Origin: Gekko japonicus | Taxonomy: Eukaryota | Direction: 5' to 3' | DNA length: 64,000 nt | NCBI RefSeq assembly: GCF_001447785.1 | Contig: NW_015164195.1 | Coordinates: forward strand, 716,603-780,602 | In this document: positions 1 to 12,555 of the stretch, piece by piece | How the letters are laid out: every line of letters starts with the position of its first letter | How positions within the stretch are numbered: position 1 is the stretch's first letter | The notes under the pieces: model-generated | The model's input: the letters and a program-made list of their open reading frames with translations, nothing else | Databases searched by the model: none | What the model was told of the DNA's origin: nothing | Made by a program: the position numbers and the translations under genes

Positions 1-43
1 TCCCAGATTAGAGTCCGTGCACTTAACCACTACACCAAACTGG
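1..43 (-). mobile_element. 5' head of a Squam3-like tRNA-derived SINE, cut by the window edge
   Basis: Reverse complement ccagtttggtgtagtggttaagtgcacggactctaatctggga matches the SINE head at 18885. Confidence 0.85.
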
Positions 44-2417
44 TTCATAGGAGTCAGAGGTGGCAGATGGAGGGCTTTTTTCTTACGCCAAGGCTGTTTT
101 TGTGTAGATTGGGGCTGAATTGGAAAGTGAGCCACATTCTCACCAATGAGTTCCTAGTAATGCAATACTGAGGAGACTTATAAATTGGCTTAGAAGACAG
201 TAACTGAGCTTAGGACTGCACTGAAGGATACCTTTCTAAGCATATATGGTGCCATTTGTGATGAAGGGAACCACTGTGGTCTACTGATTCACCTACTTGA
301 ACATATTCATTGCAAAGTCCATAGCACCTTTAGAAATAACTATATGTTATATAAATATTTGCTCTACAATGGTGTACCTCACAAGCTAACAGATCTTAGA
401 ACTTTGAACCACATTGTAATTAATTAAAATACTTCTGTTCCTTAGATGATATTCCTACAAAGTTTTCTCCATTCCCTTATGTTTTAAAACACTGCCAAGT
501 ACATGCAGGACTCAGTGCCAATATGTACAGAGAGATTAGTTGATTTTAATTTTTTTGACAGCAAAAATCAATACAAAACAAATCCTTTCAAAAAGAAAGG
601 AAATTGGCAGGTACATTAGGAGGACAGTTTTCAAAACAGCTCCATTGGATGTGTCCCCCCCCCCCCATACTCTTGCTTCATGCAATAAGGGTGAAGCCGG
701 AATAAAAGAGAGAAGCCTAAAGCAGGTTTGGTTTCAGTAGTGGTGGGATTCCTGATGCGGGTATGCCTGCCTCGCTGCACACCTGCACTAGACCCCATAG
801 TGACAGCCATCTGCAATGCAGAAGGAACCGGTTGGGTACCAGACTTGGAGGAAATTGCAAAAGTCAGGTGTACCACTGAGAAGGGGAACCTAGAGGGACA
901 ATTTCATGAGGTCCTGGTCATCCTGGAGGCCTAAGGAGTCAGGCAATTCATGTGGTTTGATTTCCTGTGATGTTTGGCTGGAGTCTGGTGATATAAGGGG
1001 AAGTCCAAGGGAATCTTTAGGTATGGTGGCTCTTGGCAGCCCTGCTTGAGCATAAATGTAAATTTGGTATGGGCCCAGTCTTATGCTGTCATATCATGTG
1101 CTCTATGAAGCAATTTTAATTTGGCTATAAGGCACTCTCCCTCCCCAATCAGAGCTTGATTTTGTGCTTGTGCTTAATCATGCATCCTTTTTAGAACAAT
1201 GAATGAAAAGTGTTCTGCAATGCTTTGGATAATCCATTATTTCATTCCAAAATTACAATTTTGTCTGTCTCGTATTCTGCCTACTCACAAGTGACAAGTG
1301 ACAGATTCAAGATTACATCTACAGGTTTCTAATTTATTATTTGATTGATAAGAATAACATGTGCTTATTCTATACGGTGCAAAATCATTTATATAACTGT
1401 TTCCTAATTTTAAGTATTTGTATTTACTAAATAAGCTAACTGCTGAGTTTGGAGCTAGAAGAATAGCTGTCATGGAATGTAAAATGGGAAACCTGGACTG
1501 ACTTCAGCAGCATTTCATCAGTCTATGTAGACTGAGTACCTGGAGCAAGACGTTGTGTCAGACAGATTACTATTTACCAGGTAAACAACTTGCAGTGAGC
1601 ATACAACTACATGGGGACTATGTATGGCACTTCATTTAGAAATGCTGAGAAATAGAGAGTGGTAAATTTGCCTTCATGTCTAATGAAGCACGTTATCATT
1701 TAGTGAAGGATAAATATCATTTGTAAAATGATAAGCTAGATGGCAAGCATTAATATATGTAGGAAGGTAGGGTATAACTATGAACATAAATGCCAATCAC
1801 CTGTGTTAGCCCTGAGAGAAAGAAATTCTGATCTAGTACCATTTCAGTTCTCAAATAGCAGAGGTTGGAGGTGAAACACCCTGGAAACAATTTCTTTTGG
1901 ATTAGAAGCCCTCTATTGATCCCTAATCAAGTGAGTTGACTGAAGCTACACACAGGAGAGGAAAGACACTCAGTACATACTAAATAGCATTCATTTCTTT
2001 ATTGCGGACATGAGTCTTGACAGCAAAGTACAAAGCTCCCTTGCATTCGAACTAGAACCTGTAAGCAAATAATTTGCTTTATGACAAATGCTTCTAATGG
2101 TCAGCTCTTAAGACCACCTTCTCCAGGTGTCCTATTTCCACTCGTAACAATTTATTATACCTGGGGCAATGTATGGATCTGCTAAAATGGAAAAGTCAAA
2201 GCAGCACTGGGGAACTGTGATGGGACGAACATCTCCTGTCAGTTTCACACAGTACATGCAGCTGCTACGATATCTAGTGGAAAAACACATTTTCCTGGTG
2301 ATGAAATAATTTTTGAGTACAGGAAAAATGTAACATCTTCACAAGAGGAATGTAACATAGAAGAAAGATGGCTGAGACACAAGGCTATGCCAATGGGAGC
2401 AGCTTGATACTAATAGG

Positions 2418-3372
2418 AGAAATTGGGGGGAACAGCAAGCACACCAGAAGATCTGAACATGCTGGAAAAGTGGGTGGATGTGAACAAGATGCAATTTAAC
2501 AAGGATAAGTGCTGAGTGCTTGGTGGGCACTGTGAGGTCCAACAGGGGTCACCCAGGAGTTCTACATCTGGGTAACAAAATGAGGAATACATCTATTGGA
2601 TGGAGGATACACCTCTGGGTAGCTGTGTGTATGAACAAGATCATGGGGTATGGGTGGACCATAAGTTAAATATGAACAGCTAGTGTGATGTGGTAACAAA
2701 AAAGGCTAATGTGATCTTGGCGTGTATCAACAGAGGCATAACATCCAAATTGCAAGATGTCATAATCCCACTGTGCACTGCATTGGTCAGGCCATACCTG
2801 GAGTATTGTGTGCAGTTCTGGAGATCTCACTTCAAAAAGGATGTGGACAGAATGGATCATGTGCAGAGGAGAGCGATGAAGATGATTGGGGGCCTGGAGA
2901 CCAAGCCCTATGAGGAAAAGCTGAGGGACTTGGGAATGCTTAGTCTGGAGAAGAGGAGGTTGAGGGTGGACATGATTGCTCTCTTTAAGTATCTGAAGGG
3001 CTGTCACTTAGAGGAGGGCAGGGAGCTGTTCCTGTTGGCAGCAGAGGATAGGACTCACAATCATGGCTTTAAATTAAAGTTGGGACATTACCAGATGTAT
3101 ATTAAGGAAAACTTTTTACAATAAGAATTGTGCAACAGTGGACTTTAAATTAAAGGTGGGACATTACCAGATGGATATTAAGGAAAACCTTTTACAATAA
3201 GAGTTGTGCAACAGTGGGATCAGCTACCTAGGGAGGTGGTGAGCGCCCCCTCACTGGCAGTCTTTAAGCAGTGGCTGGACAAACACTTGTCAGGGATGCT
3301 CTAGGCTGATCCTGCATTGAGTAGGGAGTTGGACTAGATGGCCTGTATGGCCCCTTCCAACTCTGGTTCTAG
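2418..3372 (+). mobile_element. CR1 LINE, 5'-truncated (ORF2 C-terminus and 3' UTR)
   Basis: ORF 2690-3124 reads KKANVILACINRGI...[13 protein letters not shown]...LEKRRLRVDMIALFKYLKG. 3' UTR ggttggactagatggcc...ccccttccaactct. Confidence 0.93.
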
Positions 3373-3699
3373 AAGAAGCTATTAAGAGCTTTGTCTCATA
3401 AGAACGGAGCCACAGACTTTTCCATCTAGTGCAGTGTGCTGGGTTCTTACCTAACTACCTACAATCTGATTTTGAACTGCTGCTTCCATAAACATGACAC
3501 ATGTTCAAGCTTACATGCTTCCCCACAATCTGCACCCTATTGCACAATCCTCTTAACACTTCCTATAGAGTGTTTTTGCCAAGTTGTGTCACACAGTGTA
3601 CATTGCTAAACAATCACATATTAATCTGATCTGCAACCCCACCTTCAGTGCTGGAAGGGAAGTTTATTAATGCTAGTTCAAATCGTCATGGAAGGTGGA

Positions 3700-6225
3700 G
3701 CAGCTACAGCATCACCAGTGAAACAGCATCTGTTTACTTAATTGGTTCATGGACAGAGTGATCCTTTGCCACGCCTGCACTGCAGTGGCTGGCTGTGGTG
3801 GAGATGTGGTGTCACTAGTCCATTCCCTGTCTTTGGCAGTTGGTTTACCAGGATGGTTCTGTGGACCCCATAAGTCCAATCCTCACTTAGAGGGCAAGTA
3901 GAGGAGAGTAATTCAGAGATCCCCTGCAAGTTTGGTATCTTTAGCATGTGGGGGTGGTGGTATTCTACCGCATCACAAACACATGAACTGAACTGGTTCA
4001 TTTGGCACCTAAAAGTTCATAATGGTTTGTGGCTCACAAACTGGTCACACCATGCACCACGAGCCAAACTGCATTTTCCCAGTCCAATGGCCTCTGCAGC
4101 CAACAGCCCCTGTACATCCTTAGGGCACCATGAGCCACTCGGCACAGGGGACTGCATGGAATGGACAGTGGAGCATACCCACCCAGGAGTGGTGCCTTCC
4201 ATTGCTTTTTCCAGGGTTTCATTTTCTGTTTTTTGTGTGTGTCTTCCATGAAAAAGAGATGAGACCAATGCTCCCTCTAATCCCCCCCCCAACTAAGCAG
4301 AGAAGTTCACATCCTGAGCAGAATATAACTCCTGTGATCTTAAGATGGACAATGGGCAGTGCAAGACCCTGCGTGGCTCCAGATTGCTGCTGAGTGGGGC
4401 TTCCTGTGTTAATGAGCAGCTGCCCACGAGCACAGTTTAGAGGGAACACTGGATGGGGCTTCAGTGACTTCAGAACTAGGAATGTTTTCCATCTATGAAT
4501 ATCAAATATCCTGCTAATGCCACCCGTGGGCTCATCCCTGCTACCCAAGGACATATGCAGGAACATAATTCTTTCATTGCATGCAGCCACGCTGGGATGC
4601 AGAAGGACATGCTCATCCATAGGGATGGCTGATCCCTCCACAGTGCAGTCCCAGGCACCCACTTTATGACATGAAGGGCCAAGCTCTGAGGGCACAGTAT
4701 GAGAAACAGGTAGCTGAGACCCATCACAGCACCCGCGGCAACTGTGTTTTTCTTTATGGTTGCCATTTCCAGAGAATGCGCAACCCGGAAGCCTGATGCA
4801 CACAATGGTGATGGCACTGCTCCTTCTTGCAAACTGCTGCTTTAATGCTCTGGCTCATTAGCACACATAAATTGACCATGGGTTGCTGGGATCCGGCCCC
4901 TCCCAGCTTCTGTAGTGCAAGACCCCCTCCAAAATTGTCCAGCCGTGCTGGACTGGTAAAAGACAGCTGTCCAAAACAAACCCTGGTGGCTGCCCTATTC
5001 CACTGGTTTGCTTCACCTAACCCACACCCAAACAAGCCTAGAAGGGCAGGCCAAGCCCCGCTGGCTACCGTTCACCCTTTAGGGACATCTCCAGATCACC
5101 CCACCTTAATGAAAGTGTATGCAGAACCTAAAACTGACCCACATATCTCTTGACTGTCCAGCCTCCACCCCCAAAACCCAGCTGCTTTCACGCAGGTCTC
5201 TCTTGGCACCCTGGCAACTCTCCATGCACTCTGTCTGGGGGCATATGGGTTGGGGCCGCTGCTCAACCCACCCCTAGGTCTGAGTGTGCAGATGTGCCAC
5301 CATTACTAGCAGGATGAGACCCACCCGTTCTGCTGCTGAATTGCAGCATCTGTTTAGTGTTACAGCCTCCACACACCCCTTGAAAATATGTGGGCACAAA
5401 CACACAGCCACAGGTGCGGCCACAGAGTAAACTTTATGGAAGGGTACCAAGGCAAAGCAGCTGGGAGGAACCAGTTCCACCTCCATGTTGCCTTTGTCCT
5501 AATGGTTGTCACTCTTCAGGGACAGCAAGCAAATAGGTCGAAGGACCAAAGCCCCAGTGGCTTGGATACCACATGGGTCTTTCAAGGACAGGCTTCTTCT
5601 GTGGGAAGGGCATGGTGTGGGCTTGGGGCTCATCAGTTAGAACCGCAGCTCTCCCTGTTGGGTCTCCATCTGCAGAATGAACAAACACATACAGGTAAGT
5701 CTGCAATAAGGGTCCCATGGCTGTTTGGCAGGCACCATGAAGTCCAACAGGGGTCACCCAGGAGTGCAGTTAGCAGCCCAGAGGCGGGTTTGTACAGCAA
5801 CAATGCCCCCCAAAGCTCACGCCATCCATAACTCTTTACCTGTGTGGCACTCATACTCTAACAAGTGGCAAATGAAGGGTCCTCTTTGGCAACAGGTACA
5901 GGGGACTCTGCAAGTGCAAGGAAATGGGTTCAAGAATCATGTGGAACTGTACTCCACTCTGGGTGGTAGGGCTACCATCCCTATGGCCTGTCTCGTGGAG
6001 ATCCCACCAACTGCCAGGGGTGCCCATCCACTGCACAGCCAATAGCTTTGGCCCCTTCCCCCAGCAGCTAACCTGGCCCATTCTGCTGGCACCAACCCCC
6101 TTTGTGTGCAGACCCAATGGTACAGGGAGGCAGGGGCTTCTATGGCCACCTCGGCTGCTGGAGTCAAGTATGACAGGCAGTGTGGGCAGGGCATATCCCA
6201 GCCACTGACAGAAGCTAAGGAGGAA
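3700..6225. mobile_element. Degenerate GC-richer element, possibly PIF/Harbinger-derived
   Basis: Myb/SANT-like remnant on + near 4620-4760 (...cagtgc...ALRAQYEKQV...GNCVF). Weak transposase-like words on - (W...DW...W.D near 4030-4110; IGCAVDGH near 6020-6045). No intact ORF and no termini found. Confidence 0.35.
4267..4451. mobile_element. hAT-type MITE (CAGTGTTCCCTCTAA TIR family)
   Basis: TIRs caatgctccctctaa / ttagagggaacactg. Flanks gatgagac / gatggggc are a degenerate 8-bp TSD. Confidence 0.6.
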
Positions 6226-6227
6226 GG

Positions 6228-6732
6228 AATCATAGAACCACAGAGTTGGAAGGGGCCATACAGGCCATCTAGTTCAACCCCCTGCTCAATGCAGGATCAG
6301 CCTAGAGCATCCCTGGCAAGTGTTTGTACAGCCGCTGCTTAAAGACTGCCAGGGAGGGGGAGCTCACCACCTCCCTAGGTAGCTGATTCCACTGTTGCAC
6401 AACTCTTACTGTAAAAACTTTTCCCCTAATATCCAGCTGGTACCTTCCCATCCTTAATTTAAACCCATTATTGCGAGTCCTATCGTCTGCTGCCAACAGG
6501 AACAGCTCCCTTCCCTCCTCTAAGTGACAGCCCTTCAGATAGTTAAAGAGAGCAATCATGTCTACCCTCAACCTCCTCTTCTCCAGACTCAACATTCCCA
6601 AATATCTCAGCCTTTCCTCATAGGGCTTGGTCTCCAGGCCCCCGATCATCCTCATCGCTCTCCTCAGCATGCACTCCATTCTGTCCACATCCTTTTTGAA
6701 GTGAGACCTCCAGAACTGCACACAATACGCCA
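6228..6732 (-). mobile_element. CR1 LINE 3' fragment
   Basis: ORF 6302-6721(-) QFWRSHFKKDVDR...NQLPREVVSSPSLAVFKQRL, highly similar to 2800-3370. Confidence 0.93.
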
Positions 6733-6735
6733 GGT

Positions 6736-6850
6736 CACTGTTCCCTCTAAGCTGAGTTAGTGTGAGCTAGCTCACAGTTTTTTAGCCTTCAGCTCACATA
6801 TTTTTATCTCAGCTCAGGAAGGATGGCTCCAGAGCAAACTAATTTATGCA
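6736..6850. mobile_element. hAT MITE, left part, running into the N-gap
   Basis: Same sequence as the starts of the 45439 and 52914 MITEs (gttccctctaagctgagttagtgtgagctagctcac). Confidence 0.85.
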
Positions 6851-7159
6851 NNNNNNNNNNNNNNNNNNNNNNNNNNNNNNNNNNNNNNNNNNNNNNNNNN
6901 NNNNNNNNNNNNNNNNNNNNNNNNNNNNNNNNNNNNNNNNNNNNNNNNNNNNNNNNNNNNNNNNNNNNNNNNNNNNNNNNNNNNNNNNNNNNNNNNNNNN
7001 NNNNNNNNNNNNNNNNNNNNNNNNNNNNNNNNNNNNNNNNNNNNNNNNNNNNNNNNNNNNNNNNNNNNNNNNNNNNNNNNNNNNNNNNNNNNNNNNNNNN
7101 NNNNNNNNNNNNNNNNNNNNNNNNNNNNNNNNNNNNNNNNNNNNNNNNNNNNNNNNNNN
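6851..7159. other. Assembly gap
   Basis: Run of N. Confidence 1.
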
Positions 7160-7535
7160 CATCTGCAAATTGAATTGTAGCACCTCCATACCCTCATCCA
7201 GATCATTGATAAAAATATTGAAAATTGTTTAATTGTTGCTGTTAATTTATTTTATGTGTATTGTAAAATGTTATGTTGTTTTATGTAAGACGCCCTGAGC
7301 CGGCCTCGGCCAGGAGGGCAGGGTAGAAATTTAATAAATCAAATCAATCCTAGAGTCCAGTCCACAGTCCTCTAGTTTACCCATCAGAACATCATGGTGA
7401 ACCCTATCAAAGGCTTTACTGAAATCCAGGTAAACAACATCAACAGCATTCCCTCGATCCAGTAAGTTTATCAATCGATCAAAGAAGCAAATGAGCTTGG
7501 TCTGGCAGGACTTTTTGGGGATAAATCTATGCCAG
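7160..7535 (-). mobile_element. CR1 RT fragment interrupted by a short + strand L2/SINE-type tail (about 7225-7347)
   Basis: ORF 7331-7654(-) SCQTKLICFFD...AVDVVYLDFSKAFDRVHH. The insert ends tgtaagacgccctgagcc...aataaatcaaat. Confidence 0.85.
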
Positions 7536-8183
7536 GGTTGAGAACTGGGAGAGGACAGCCATAGAGTGTGGACTTTGAGCTCCCTGTTGGGTGTTGGTGC
7601 CAAGTGCTCACCCAGTAATGCTAAATACCCTCTCTGTGCTTTTCCCTCCACCAAAGTGCCTCATCACTCACTCTAACTCCACATGGCAGAGAGCTGTCAG
7701 ACAGTGTCCTGTGCCACGCACCCTATCTTGTGAGTCGTGTGTTAGCCTGCAAGCCTGCTATGGTGTTTTATGGACTGTGTTACACTGTTGCCTGATGAAG
7801 TGTGCCAACAACGAACTGTGCCTGAAACTGACATGCTGAGAACTCCCGTTGAGGGTACCTACCGAAGACCGTGTTCTTACAATGTTTGCTACTCCAGAGG
7901 TGTTCCTGTGTGTATTGCATGCCATAGATCAATGCACGTGGTCGCAGCAAGCACAAAACGCCATTTCAAACCAGCCACATGGCAACCTACATCCAGGGCC
8001 CCCTCCCCCTCGCATCTAAGAAGCTGCACGTACTCACAACGACCCGGTATGCAGCCTGGCCACATGGACATGAGTCACCCATCTGCATACGAATACCCCT
8101 AGCCCAGGTGTCTTGATTGAGTTAGCAACTAGATTTCAAATTGCCCTCCAGTTTCCTGGAACACCCAGAAAAATACAGTAGCC

Positions 8184-8210
8184 NNNNNNNNNNNNNNNNN
8201 NNNNNNNNNN
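8184..8210. other. Assembly gap
   Basis: Run of N. Confidence 1.
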
Positions 8211-8786
8211 CATCTGCAAATTGAATTGTAGCACCTCCATACCCTCATCCAGATCATTGATAAAAATACTGAAAATTGTTTAACTGTTGCTGTTAATTTA
8301 TTTTATGTGTATTGTAAAATGTTATGTTGTTTTATGTAAGACACCCTGAGCCGGCCTCGGCCAGGAGGGCAGGGTAGAAATTTAATAAATCAAATCAATC
8401 CTAGAGTCCAGTCCACAGTCCTCTAGTTTACCCATCAGAACATCAAGGTGAACCCTATCAAAGGCTTTACTGAAATCCAGGTAAACCACATCAACAGCAT
8501 TCCCTCGATCCAGTAAGTTTATCACTCGATCAAAGAAGCAAATGAGGTTGGTCTGGCAGGACTTTTTGGGGACAAATCCATGCCAGGGTTGAGAACTGGG
8601 AGAGGGCAGCCATAGAGTGTGGACTTTGAGCTCCCTGTTGGGTGTTGGTGCCAAGTGCTCACCCAGTAATGCTAAATACCCTCTCTGTGCTTTTCCCTCC
8701 ACCAAAGTGCCTCATCACTCACACTAACTCCACATGGCAGAGAGCTGTCAGACAGTGTCCTGTGCTACGCACCCTATCTTGTGAGT
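8211..8786. repeat. Near-identical second copy of 7160-7736
   Basis: Both copies start catctgcaaattgaattg immediately after a gap and end at accctatcttgtgagt, with only scattered substitutions. Confidence 0.95.
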
Positions 8787-10000
8787 TGTGGGGCGACCTA
8801 CCGGAAGCATTAGTAGGGCAGAGGGGCATGATTGGGTTCTGGGAAGGGGCAGGGCCACAGCTGTGTGGGGAGGCAACTGATTGCAGCCTTAGTCAGCATT
8901 CTGAGCTGCACCAGTGTAAATGGCCCTTATGACAGTATATCTCAGAGTTATGTTGGCATAGGGGTCAGTCAGCTGAGCTGATTCACTCCCCACCTCTTTT
9001 GTGCTGTAAAGCCCTTGATGTCTAAGAATTAGAAAGTGGGAAGCTTTTCTTGTAACGCAAAGCTTCTCTGATATGGCCTACACTCAGGCACTGTATGTAT
9101 TGCTATTGTTCCCATACCCATTAATGTCCAGGAATCATAATGGTGTCAAGGAGTAGAATGCACCACTAGTATCATTATGTGATGGCATGTCTGGCTTCCT
9201 GTTCCCACATGTATAATGCTAAGGTTGAGGAAACAATAGCTTATTCATTGTCAAAGAACTAAATTATTTCAGAGACTGCAGACCAAATGTATAAGATCAG
9301 GAGAAAGAGAGATATGATATGCTAGATCTAACACAAATTTGGTCTTGGATAGCAATTGCAAATAGGAGTACCTAGTAAATCCGTATGCCTTGCTCACATA
9401 AACCTGGAAAAGGTCCAGGTGATTTCTATTTATTAATTTATTTAATTAATCAATCAACTTCTGCTCCCCTCCTACACCAAACTGACACACAATAAGTAGA
9501 CCATAGTGCACGATATGAAATTGGGAAGAAAAACAAGGTGAAATGCACAGTCATCAGGATCAATGTTTGAATGGTTTCTATTTGTCTTTTTAAGAATAAA
9601 GTATACCCCCCAAATGTATAACTCAAGGATTGTTTGCTTTTTGCATATGTATTATTGCATATAAAACAATAGCCAAATCCAGGTAACAGGTACCTATGCG
9701 AAAAATAAAATAAATGGGAGTTTGTACAGAATTTCCATGTAACCCACAATGTTATACTGAATAAACATTCTGACTAAATTGTAATTCAGAGCAAGAGGGA
9801 ATATGTCCTTCTAAAGTTCTTACACTCTGCTGTGCCTCTTAGGGAGCAACTCCTACTCAAAGTAAGTCCTATTTTATTCTATGGAGTTTACTCCCAGGAA
9901 AATATTCTTGGGATTGCAGCCTCTCTTCTTAACTTGCTTGGTACTGTCCAAAGCTTTGATTGCAGCTCAGTGGTAGAGCATCTTCTCAGTATGCAGAAGG

Positions 10001-10817
10001 TTTAGTTTAGTTTATCTGATTTATAGCCCTCCCTCCCCTCAAGCAGGCTCAGGGTGAGTAACAACAATAACAGTAAAAACACTTAAAACAATAAATATTG
10101 ATCAACAATTAAAATCATATCAGATAGCAGCCAAACTATCGGAGCCTGTCTATACAGGAAAGGTGGAATATAAATTGAAAGTAATAAATAAATAAACAAA
10201 CAAGTTAATACAACCCAAGTGGGTTTTGCATCAGGTGCAACAGTAGATGTTAAAGTAATACAGAGAAACAAAGGAAGTGGAAGAGAGAACACAGGGGGAG
10301 GCTAGACTAGATGGTTACCACTTTCTCAACCATAGGCCAGGTGGAACAACTCCATTTTACAGGCCCCGCGGAACTGCTTTAAGTCTCGCAGAGCCTGGAT
10401 CTCACTTGGGAGAGTGTTCCACTAGGCTTCTGCCAGAGCCAAAACAGCTCTGGCTCTGGTCGAGGCTAAGTGGATATCTTTGGGGAAAGGGATCACCAGA
10501 AGGTTTTGATCTATTGAATGTAGAGCTCTCTGGGGGAGGAGAGATAGTCCCTTAGATAAGGTCAAAACCAATACCTTGAACTTGATTTGGTACTCTACCT
10601 GGAACCAGTGCAGCTGGCAAAGTACTGGTGTAATGTGGGCTCTTAGCGATGTGCCAGTGAGGACACAAGCCGCTGCATTCTGAACCAGCTGGAGTTGCTG
10701 GGACAGTCTCCAGGGCAGCCCTGCGTAAAGCGAGTTACAGTGATCTAGCCTGGAGGTGACCATTGCATGGATCACTGTAGCTAAGTCTGGGGGAGAGAGG
10801 AAGGGAACCAGCTGCCT
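10001..10817 (-). mobile_element. L2 LINE 3' fragment
   Basis: ORF 10422-10775(-) HAMVTSRLDHCNSLYAGLP...LQLVQNAAA...HITPVL.QLHW...IKFKVLVLT, a typical L2 ORF2 C-terminus, followed by 3' tail. Confidence 0.92.
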
Positions 10818-10849
10818 GGTTCAGTCCCCACCATCTCTAGTTAAAAGGA

Positions 10850-11127
10850 AGAAGAAGAGATTGGATTTATACCCTGCCCTTCACTACCTGAAGGAGTCTC
10901 AGAGTAGTTTACAATCTCCTTTCCCTTCCCTTCCCCACAACAGACACCCTGTGAGGTAGGTGGGGCTGAGAGAGCTCTTGCAAGAACTGCTCATGAGAGA
11001 AAGCTCTGAAAGAAGTTGTACCTGATCCAAGGTTACACCAGTAGCTGCATGTGGAGGAGTGGTGAATCAAACCTGGTTCTCCCAGATTAGAGTCTATGCA
11101 CCTAACCACTACACAAAACTGGCTCTC
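10850..11127 (-). mobile_element. Squam3-like SINE, full length
   Basis: Reverse complement starts gagagccagttttgtgtagtggttagg and ends in a (ctt)n tail. Confidence 0.9.
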
Positions 11128-12188
11128 CAGGACTAGGCAGTAAGTGATGTGAAAGACCTTTGCATGAGACTCTGGAAAGCTGCTGCAAATCAGACAATGC
11201 GAACCCTGACGGCTCAATGATCTGACTTGGTAGAAGATATCTTCATATGTTCTTGAGATATATAAGATAAAACATTTCCTTCCCAAGTACCATGATGCTG
11301 TTATTAAACTAATTCACAATAGATGGAGACAGTAAACTGTTTCCCCTCCACACCTTCAAAGACTCCATATGAAATTAATTATTCTTTCTGACCTTATTTT
11401 CATGCTCACTGATCTGATCCTGCAGTTTACACAACTCACGTTTAGAAATACTTTTATCCTTATCTTCCTTGCTTCTCCAATTAATATCTTTGGATCAACT
11501 CATCAGTATAGATATTACTTTCCAATACATCTGATTTAGCCTGCACTTTATAATCCCTTTGTCAGCCTTTTAATCTATAGGAAAGTATTCCTCAAGTAGG
11601 CGTCCATTGCTATTTCAGTAATGTATAGAATGTGGCCACTTACTGGATAGCACTTGTAACATCATTAGTGATTACTCAAATCTCCCACCCCCATCCCTTA
11701 AATCAGTTTGCAAACTGTTTAAAATACTTCTACATGGATGTGCATTGCCTCCCCCTGTTATCAGAACTCTGGAATACTCATCCAGCACTTTTTTCTTTTT
11801 AAAGTGAATGAAAGATGTGTGAGATAAACTATTTAGAATTAATGTTTTTGATTGACATACATATGTGAAAGTTAAGAAAATAATTTTTAAAAAATAGGTT
11901 CAAGGCTACTTCATTTTACCCACACTAATGTGCCATTTTTGGAAACCTTATCATAATTTTGAAAATGTCATTGCTGGATGTGCCCTCAACACTAGGAAAA
12001 GGGCTTTTCCAAACTGCTATCAGCAACATTACCTTTGTCCCCTGTCCCTTGCAGCAAGGCTATCCTCCATCCTTTAAGGAAAGTGGAGAACAGGATTTTC
12101 ACTCTGGTGCTGGATCAAGGCTAGTATAACTACAGTAAACTTACTCTGGAAATGTAATGTAATGTTAAGCAGTCCTTGATTTTATTTA

Positions 12189-12555
12189 GGCCCCAGTCAC
12201 ATGGCAAAGTTGCTGTGGGAGAGGCACGGATGGTGGGCAGATTATCCGGGCGCAATCACACCCCAACATCTGGGAAGTGGAGCGTACCCGTGGCTTACCG
12301 CCGACAATGCACCTTAAAAAACTAGTACCTCCAAGGTACTAGTAAACGTTTGCCACGGGCTGCCTCTAGACGCCTGTGACGTGATCGTGCCGGCGCGCAG
12401 CATTCCCCTTCGGTCCCTCATTTACCCGCCGGCGCCGAGGGAAGGACCCGTGGGGTGCCGCGGCGCATCTGATCGCGTAATCATGCATCAAACTGTGCCG
12501 GGGCAATTAGCCACGCCTCCCCCCCTCGCAATATCCGGCCTGTGTGACCGGGGCC
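12189..12555. mobile_element. PIF/Harbinger-type MITE, CpG-rich
   Basis: TIRs ggccccagtcaca / tgtgaccggggcc, with TTA on both flanks (12186-12188, 12556-12558). Confidence 0.85.

Larger units (their letters stand above)
9961..11252 (+). mobile_element. tRNA-derived SINE (Squam2-like) split in three by L2 and Squam3-like insertions
   Basis: Head gcagctcagtggtagagcat...gcagaagg (9962-10000), B-box part ggttcagtccccaccatctctagttaaaagga (10818-10849), body ctaggcagtaagtgatgtgaaagacc...cttcatatgttc (11133-11252). Confidence 0.75.

Noticed and set aside
6823-7232. Poly-X ORFs
   Set aside because: Artefacts of the N-gap.
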